Source: Trichinella spiralis (taxonomy: Eukaryota). Taken from it: DNA of 64,000 nucleotides. Shown piece by piece: positions 56,496 through 64,000 of the stretch. The notes beneath the pieces were generated by a model that had not been told where the DNA came from, made no database searches, and saw only the letters and a program-made list of their open reading frames with translations. The DNA lies in contig NW_003526943.1 of NCBI RefSeq assembly GCF_000181795.1, positions 5,883,806-5,947,805 on the forward strand, in the 5' to 3' direction. Within the stretch, counting starts at the first letter, position 1; every line of letters begins with the position of its first letter. A program made the position numbers and the translations under genes.

Positions 56496-58090
56496 CAGCC
56501 GGATCGCACCCGCAAATGTCGTTCTCCTTGCCGGTACCAGGGAAACGGACGGCCCGGGACCTCATGGAAGTAGGGTCCTCGGGCAAACGGGTGCGCTGCC
56601 TTTTCTTCGTGCAGGAGAGGAGCTACGGAATGAGTTTCCTTGTGGACACCGGCTCCGAAGTCAGTGTGGTGCCATATAATACCACTCTGCGCTGTCAACT
56701 CCACGCCGCGGACATTCCACAGCTAACAGCTGCAAACGGCACTCGTATTGATGTCGTCGGTAGTCGCGAGTTGACAGTGGACCTGGGTTTCACGCGCCCG
56801 ATGAGATGGAAATTCGTCGTCGCACGAATCGCACAGCCCATCCTCGGTGCAGACTTTCTTCGGCACTTTAACCTACTCGTCGACCTGAAGCATCAGCGCC
56901 TGGTAGACATGACGTCATGGACCTTCTCGAACGGACTCGTCAAGACCAGCAATACAAAATATGTCAGTTGTTTACGACACGGATCAGATCATAACCTTGA
57001 AATTTTAAAAAAGTATCCATCCCTAACATCGTGCTTCAGAACGAGTAAGCCGGCCACCCACTCGATTCAGCACCACATCCTGACGCACGGGCCACCGGTT
57101 TTTGCAAGACCACGTGGGTTGCCGCCTGACCGGCTGGAACTTGCGCGAAAGGAATTCGACATCCTGCTGGATCTCGGCATCATACGACCATCTAGCAGCA
57201 GTTGGGCATCACCGCTCCACATGGTTCCCAAGAAACAACCGAACACCTGGCGCCCATGTGGAGATTATGGACCCCTCAACAACGTGACGAAGCCCGACAG
57301 ATACCCGATCCCCAACATCAACGACTTCGTCACGCAGTTGGGCGGCCGGACGATCTTCTCCAAAGTCGACCTGATCCGCGCCTATCAGCAGATCCCGGTG
57401 GCGGAAGAAGATATCTCGAAGACGGCCATCACGACACCTTTCGGCCTTTTTGAATACGTGAGAATGCCGTTCAGTCTGCGAAATGCCGCGCAAACATTCC
57501 AGCGTTTTATGGACGAAGTGACTAGAGGGTTGCGATTCTGCTTCGTCTACTTGGACGACGTGCTAGTAGCAAGCCGCAGCAAGGAAGAACACGAAAAACA
57601 TCTCGCTAATCTTTTTTGACGGTTTGAAAAGTACGGCATCAAGCTGAACCCGGCAAAATGCGTTTTCTTCGCGCCGGACCTTGAGTTCCTCGGGTTCAAG
57701 GTCTGCAACCAAGGCATCAAACCGTTGGCAGAAAAAGTCGAAGCGATACGCAGATTCCGTCAGCCGACGACCATGCACGAACTCCGCCAATTCCTCGGAT
57801 GTGCGAATTTCTATCGCCGCTTCATACCGCGAGCTGCCACGTTGCTGGCAACGCTGGAAAGGTTGACATCTTCGCACGATTAACACAAGAAACTTAAACT
57901 GCCGGAGGACGTGATTAAGGCTTTCGACGAAGTGAAAGAAGCACTGGCTAACGCGACGCTGTTGAGCCACCTCCAAGAAGGCGCAGCCTTGTCATTGGTG
58001 GTCGATGCGTCCGACCACGCAACTGGTGCGGCACTGCAACAACGACACAAAGGGCGTTGGTCCCCCGTCGCGTTCTTCTCACGTCGCATC
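56496..58090 (+). mobile_element. Ty3/Gypsy pol fragment (aspartic protease, RT, start of RNase H), pseudogenised
   Basis: [67 protein letters not shown]. In-frame stops TGA 57617-57619 and TAA 57881-57883. No gag, integrase or LTR seen. Confidence 0.96.
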
Positions 58091-58784
58091 ATATAGAAAC
58101 ATCTCAAACTCATCATATAGAGAGAATACCTAACTACAAAGCCTTTTTGAAAGTTTGATTTTTTGATTCCCCTCCCCTGGAAAAAATACTGGGCACGGGC
58201 TTGGATGTTGATGCTTTTTGTTTTTGTCGCTCGTGGTGCAGTCAGTTACAGTGATTGCCTGTAGCACGTTCTAATAAATATTTTAATCTGTTGTGTTGTT
58301 GTTTTTGGCATTCTAAATATCTTCGTCGATGCGCGAAAGAGGTAGTGCTCACATGGTAGTTCTTAGACGGAATCTACAGCTTCCACAGCCAGATTATGCA
58401 GTATAAAAATAAAATAACACATTCTAAAAACTGAATATAAATGAAAATCCTTAAAACCAATTTTTTAGACTCAGTTGGATCCACTACATCTAACGAAACA
58501 GTTATTAATCGATATGTAAATGATTACAAATATTAGAGATAAACTTTATGAAATTTTTCATGATAAAAAATCAATTGTGATCAATATAAATAAGAGCAAA
58601 TACATTTGCAATGCAAAAAGTGAAAACATCATTTATCAACAAAACTGTAGATAACTGTAGGTCAATAGAAAAAATTCTAATTCAACAATAGTAATCAGTT
58701 ATAAATATATGAAGCACAGAAATGAATTAACACTAATAAATATTAATATTATTGAAATAACATTTATATAATACGAAAGTCTTA

Positions 58785-59213
58785 TCAAGTTTCATTCATT
58801 TGAATGTTTGACTGCTTTTTGACGCGCTCTTCAAGTGGAACTTCTTCAATAAATTTCATATGTCGTTGTAACTTCTCCAACCGACCAACAGGTGTTGCAG
58901 AAAAGGTTGGATAAGTTCTTTGTCGTAATCTGTTCTGTTGTCCAGGTTTGGAACCATAAAGCCCAGCTTCAATATCTTCTCTATATAACTGGTATAAACA
59001 GCAGGAAGTGACCAAAATAAGTACTAAAATGATGATAATCCCAGTGAGGATCATTCCGACAGTAAATGGCAAATTCAAGAACGTCGCTTCTTCATCTGTT
59101 TTTGGAACCTCAGTGGAAGCCATAGTAGTCTTGATCATACTGATTATTTCTGTAATCTGCTCATTTCTGCCATCCGAATCTTCCATAATTGATAAAGATT
59201 CCGCACTCTCCAT
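58785..59213 (-). CDS. Uncharacterised small single-pass membrane protein, 142 aa, single coding exon
   Basis: ATG-initiated uninterrupted ORF in AT-rich surroundings: acidic N-terminus, one long hydrophobic stretch (FTVGMILTGIIIILVLILVTSCC) and a basic tail. TTTCAG acceptor about 30 nt upstream of the ATG. Confidence 0.7.
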   Translation of the reverse strand: MESAESLSIMEDSDGRNEQITEIISMIKTTMASTEVPKTDEEATFLNLPFTVGMILTGIIIILVLILVTSCCLYQLYREDIEAGLYGSKPGQQNRLRQRTYPTFSATPVGRLEKLQRHMKFIEEVPLEERVKKQSNIQMNET

Positions 59214-59725
59214 AACAAACAGTTAATGCTTCAGTCAACGTGACTGAAACTTTTAAAATTGTTCATTTTAAACAATTTTATATTTAAAAAAATTTTATTT
59301 TAAAGAAATTTCATTGTCTTACTTTAAACTGCAGCATTTCTCTATCATTTCATAGGCTATTGAGTAGATGTGATTATATTGGTTGATAATTATTGCAATG
59401 TTTTATTGGATTTCAAAATGAAATTACAGGCTTAAGTATTATTATATTTTTCTACATTTTCTGTATTAAATAAAATGCATTTTTTAAAGTTTTGATCTGA
59501 CAGAAATGCAAATATATTCAACAAAATCATAATGTTTATAAATTAAAAAACCATATAAAAGTAATTACATATTTTTTGTAAAATATAAGGCGAGGCAAAA
59601 AAAAGACTGCAAAAGAAGAAAGTTGTAACGGGTGACAAAAAGCGGTTATAAGCAGAAAAACACCAAAAAAGCACACAAAACTGATAATCATTATTATGAT
59701 TAAATCATTATAGATCAAAGCCAAA

Positions 59726-59770
59726 GCGCCACCTATCGACAAAGAAAGAACTCCGCGGAAGTCTGATTGG
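59726..59770. promoter_or_regulatory. Candidate regulatory cluster (CTCF-like, ETS-like, inverted CCAAT) between divergent genes
   Basis: GCGCCACCTA 59726-59735, GCGGAAGT 59755-59762 and CTGATTGG 59763-59770 lie within 45 bp of otherwise very AT-rich DNA. Confidence 0.4.
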
Positions 59771-60233
59771 ATAGAACGAATAATAGAGAATAATGGAAGA
59801 ATGCATAATAATAAAATGTATTTATTAAAATGAAAAGATGAGATAGAAGGGATCAGTAGAAAATTTTTTTTCTGAGATTTTGCTTTACATTTTTTGAGAC
59901 ATTTTTCAACTGTTCTGTTTTCTTTGTTAATATTTTAAAAACAAACAGTTGTAATTTATGAATTGAATTGTTTCGTTTGCTTTAATCAAAACATGACAAA
60001 TCATTTGCAATATAAAAAGAATGCTCCCTTTTTGAAGTCTAGAGTTTGAACCTGCTGACATCATTTATTACAGTATGCTGGTATTTTTTCAGGGGTTTTT
60101 ATTGTTTTCAACGATTTAAGAGTTAAAAAATCTTTTTAAAGAAAAGTGTATAACAGGGAAAAAATTGTGCCGGTGAACGTGAATTTTCAAAAATCAAAAT
60201 CGATTTGAAACAAAATATTCCATTTTGTACAAA

Positions 60234-60779
60234 ATGGCACCAGCCTCACTGCGTCGAGGTTTCTGCAATATATGCGCAAAAAGTTACAATGTGCTTCATT
60301 CGTGGAGATGTTTGTCTTCGAAGTGCGAGGAAAATTTGCAATCTGTATGTCAGCAGAGAATAACTTGGCTAGAAAATGATCCTGACGGCAGCGTGACGTT
60401 CGACATTTCGTCTACCATCACGGAACAGTTCGGCATGCTGCACGAAACGACCAATCAGTTGTCCGGTGCTTTGAACGAAATTGAAGAATATTCATTCAAA
60501 CTGGATGCTTTGTACAATTTAAGTGTTCAGAGTGGGGATGGTGTTTTGAATAATTTGATTCAAAAAGTAAAATGTGCTCTTGGTGAAATTATTCCACACT
60601 TGAAGATGGATTTGAAGTGCAAAAGAGCAATAATTGAAGAGCTGGGCTTTGCCAGAACGAAATGTATGGTTATTGTTTGTTTGACTGCGTGGATTCATGA
60701 ACCGTATTTTCCGAAAATGATGTGCACCAGTTTATTGCAAATATTGCAAAATGTGGACAGTAAATTGTCATCGAGTTGA
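60234..60779 (+). CDS. CINP: CINP-like (CDK2-interacting protein), single coding exon, 181 aa
   Basis: The C-terminal KMDLKCKRAIIEELG...CLTAWIHEPYF matches the CINP motif RKELLLKRTVAKELA...YLSMWLHQPYV. N-terminal YNVLHSWRCL parallels HNLILKWETL. Size and helical character also fit. Confidence 0.75.
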   Translation: MAPASLRRGFCNICAKSYNVLHSWRCLSSKCEENLQSVCQQRITWLENDPDGSVTFDISSTITEQFGMLHETTNQLSGALNEIEEYSFKLDALYNLSVQSGDGVLNNLIQKVKCALGEIIPHLKMDLKCKRAIIEELGFARTKCMVIVCLTAWIHEPYFPKMMCTSLLQILQNVDSKLSSS

Positions 60780-60927
60780 ATTTTTCGTTATTATCGAAAA
60801 CGGGTAAAGTTGTTGTTGTCATCGTTTATTTGTAAAAGTGAGGCTTATCAGAATTTGCGAAATTTCTTATTTTCTTTTGCAATTTAAATTAATTTAAATA
60901 TTCTTTTCCATCGAATTGTTGTAATAA

Positions 60928-61533
60928 TCATGTAAAATAGTGAGAGTTCGTGTACAGTTGAGTGGCAATGTTGAATATGGAAGCAAGTCGTCCGGCAACG
61001 GATTTTTTTCCTTTCACCTCCGAGGGTATCTTTTTAGGGTCTTCGGTTTCGGTGGTGTCCATCTCTTCGGCACTTGGTTGTTCGGCTTCATCTTGTGAAT
61101 AAAGATCGAACACATGCCTGAGCAGTGTTTCCGCTGAATCCAATGGAACGGACTCGTCGTTGTGGTCAGTGGGCGATTGGTCGTCGGGAATTTCATTGGA
61201 TATCGTCGAAAATGTTGCAAAAGAATCTTCATTTATCAACTCATTCGGCAATTTTGAGATGCTTTGCATTCCAAAGTCGTCGGTTACAAGAATTGCTTGC
61301 AATTCTGCCGGTAAACTAGCGAAGAGTTGTTGTTCATTTTGTATTGTTGGAGGTGAAGCGTTTGCAAATTTCTCAACTCCTAAATGCAATAAATACAGCT
61401 TTAAATTCAGATCTTGTTTTTTTCATTCATCACAAATTATATAGTATCGTAATTATTATTGAAAGTAATTGTCATCATGCTCACCTGACAGTAAAATTAA
61501 TGTGCAAAAACATATGAACAAATTTCTTGACAT
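60928..61533 (-). CDS. Uncharacterised acidic secreted protein, 2 exons
   Basis: Exon 1 (61533-61485) MSRNLFICFCTLILLS(G) has a GTGAG donor and joins in phase 1 to exon 2 at 61379 (VEKFANASPPTIQ...). This gives a signal peptide plus an acidic, Cys-free mature region. Confidence 0.75.
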
Positions 61534-62193
61534 GTCGTCTCGTATTTGACAGCAGTGTATAAAACTGAACAGCAGTCGGCGCGTTTCGCTATTGTTCCAT
61601 CTATATATCTCTATCTGTCTGTTTGTCTGTGTGTATACATCCGCCTTCGGCAATGTTCGCTTGTACATTGATAATTGAAGTTGCACAGTTCTAATGAACT
61701 AACAAGCCTGCCTAGATCGATGCGTAATAAGAAAAACATTTGATTCAAAATTTCACATCCATTTTGAAGCTGGAAAAATAATCATTAAAATAAATCATTA
61801 GTATGAACCGTGAACCGTTTGTTTGTTAAAGACTGACTTTCTGTGTGTTTGATCTGAACAATATAAATTGCGTGGAAATTTCATTCAATAAGACAGTGCT
61901 CAATTAATAATAATTTTGATGATTTTTTATTTCCAACTTCAGCATCCAACGTGCGCATCTGTATTTGTGCAGCAATACTGAAAATACACACACGGTAGGT
62001 ACATCGGCAGGGAAATTTCAATTTGAAAACTTTCAATATATTGAATAATAATAATAATAATATCAAAAGTGCATTATTGCTGAAAAAGAATTTGCACCTA
62101 TAACTTCCACCGGACGTTTTGTTCACAAAATTAATTATTGTTCGAATAAAAAAAAAGAAAAGACAAAGAAGAACCTCTGAAAATGGTCGATTT

Positions 62194-64000
62194 TCAACAG
62201 TCGTCCGACTCACCACTGGACAATGGTGGAATGGAAGTGGACGCGTTGACACGACCGACTGGCAAGTTGCCGGTGGAAACAATCTGCATCACGTGGTAGC
62301 CTTGCATGTGGTCGACGGTCACCAGCAGATTGTGACCGGGAAAGATGTTCAACGTCTTGGCCGAGTCGGTCGACAAAAGCCAGTGGCGCATCTGGTTACT
62401 TTTCAGCTTCAAATTCCACCATTTCAACTCTGCCGACAGGGTTATCAGCACGTCGTCGTCGTCGTAGAACACCAGGTCGTAAATATCCGCACTGTGGGCG
62501 TAGATTTTCTGCACCAAATCACCGCCCGGCAGTTTGAACAAATTCACCATGCCGCGACTTTCGCACACGGCCAGCAGATTGCCGCTTTGCGACAATTTGC
62601 ATTTCGACAAGCTGTTGTTGAAATCGTTCTCTTCGAAAATTGGATTCAAATTATCCAATTCCCACACCTGAAATAGTTGTTGTTTTTTGTTCTCTTAGTT
62701 TGGATTGGTTCGATTTTTACCGCCGCTTTTCACTCACTTTCACCTGCTTTCCACTCCAACAAGTTGCCAGATATGTGCAATTGGAATTCACGTCAAAGTC
62801 GACAATCATGCACACCGGAAGACCAAGAATCGCTTCGACGACAAACGAGTCGATGTTCAATATTTCGAAAGATCCATCTTGGAGGCAGATCAGCAGACGG
62901 TTCATGTGCGGATGACGGTCGATGAAGATGCATTTCGTGACGGCAGATTCGAAAAAAGCAGTACCGTGACAGTGGATTACGGCATCTTGAATCTGAAGCA
63001 AAAAAAATTTTGTTTTTTTTTCTCTATACTGATCAATTAATTAATTATTCATTAAGTAAAAGTCCACTTTGATATTGTCCAACTCACCGCCACGCATCCT
63101 TCTTTACAGCCGACAGCAAAGCGATCCGAAACGGTAGAAAAGGCCAAACAACAAGGCGCTTGTGGAGTTTTGAATTCTTTTTTCAATTCCGACAAACTGT
63201 TCCCGTCGAACTGGCAGCTCTACAAGCAAATTATATTTTTGGACCTTTTACAGAAAATGGAATCAATTTTCAACCTGAATCCAGCCGTTTTCGAAAGCAA
63301 TCATCAATACGCACTCGTTGGGCGACCATTTCAAGCAGCTGACTCTGTCAAATAGACGTCTCGTCTCGATCACACTTCCAACGGTATCGGTAATAATAGA
63401 AACCTGAATTTCACATTTGAAAAATACAGTTTATCACTTCGAAACTGTACAACGTTCAAATAAATATACCTGCAATGTGTAGTCTTGAACCGATGCCAGA
63501 AGAAGGGCAGTTTTAATTTCGACAAAATCAATCAAATTGATTTCAGGTATGGAAATGTTCGACTTGTGAATTTCGTTGAAAATCTGACAAATGAAATTTA
63601 TTTCAACTTATAACAATGAAAATAAGAAGAAGGAAAAAAAATCTCACTAAAACGGCATTGTCCTCTCTGACAGCCAGGAGATCTTTGCCTTTTTCTGAAA
63701 AGTACAACTGTTTCAAAATTCTACACTGACCAACCAGATAAGTGCTCAATTTGTTCTCCAAATTCCATATCTGTATAAAAAGAAAAAATAATTAATGTAG
63801 AATAAAATTTAAAGAAAAAATTTTTTTTGTTTCTACAAGCACAGAGAAGTCGGTGAAAGAGGCGGCTAGTAGATTTTCGGTCGGTGACAACGCAACGCAT
63901 ACAATGCGGACGTGCTTTTGGTCAGGTTGAATTTTTTCCAACAGTTCAACACTGTTGCTCTGCTTCAGGTCATCATGATGGTCACGACTGTGGTCAAACT
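62194..64000 (-). CDS. APAF1: WD40-repeat protein resembling the C-terminal beta-propeller of Apaf-1; 5' end outside the window, last exon boundary uncertain
   Basis: Spliced exons: CVALSPTENLLAASFTDFSVL|IWNLE, RVSCLKWSPNECVLMIAFENGWIQ, NRLLICLQDGSFEILNI, DFDVNSNCTYLATCWSGKQVK|VWEL, LLAVCESRGMVNLF, HSADIYDLVF...LKWWNL...LVTVDHMQGYHVMQIV. The order is colinear with the Apaf-1 C-terminus (HGGWVTDLCF..IKWWNV..YVTVDNLGILYILQ). Confidence 0.72.

Noticed and set aside
59536..59742. 68-aa hydrophobic minus-strand ORF
   Set aside because: Non-ATG start; hydrophobicity comes from T-rich non-coding composition.
62119..63040. Plus-strand ORFs of 82-185 aa
   Set aside because: Antisense shadows of the WD40 exons.

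Overview
Eukaryotic, AT-rich, gene-dense DNA with short GT-AG introns. It is most probably a clade I nematode (Trichinella-like); this is an inference from intron style, gene content and a FLYWCH-MULE repeat of a type I recall from Trichinella. Gene order: 3' part of midasin (+); mitochondrial acyl carrier protein (-); inward-rectifier K+ channel (+); cramped/CRAMP1 (+); degenerate FLYWCH-MULE transposase (-); N gap; 5' part of a dachsous cadherin (-); KLHL1/4/5-type kelch (+); EBP2 (-); NRF-6-like acyltransferase (+); intronless TEX264 (+); RPN10 (-); two decayed Ty3/Gypsy pol fragments; a small single-pass membrane protein (-); intronless CINP-like gene (+); an acidic secreted protein (-); and the 3' part of a WD40 gene resembling Apaf-1 (-). 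Best leads: the WD40-bearing Apaf-1-like gene, a short-tailed TEX264, a CTCF/ETS/CCAAT motif cluster in a divergent intergenic region, and possible CpG-decay marks in a young Gypsy copy. All homology calls are by eye from remembered family motifs; no searches were run. I found no clearly new multi-gene system.
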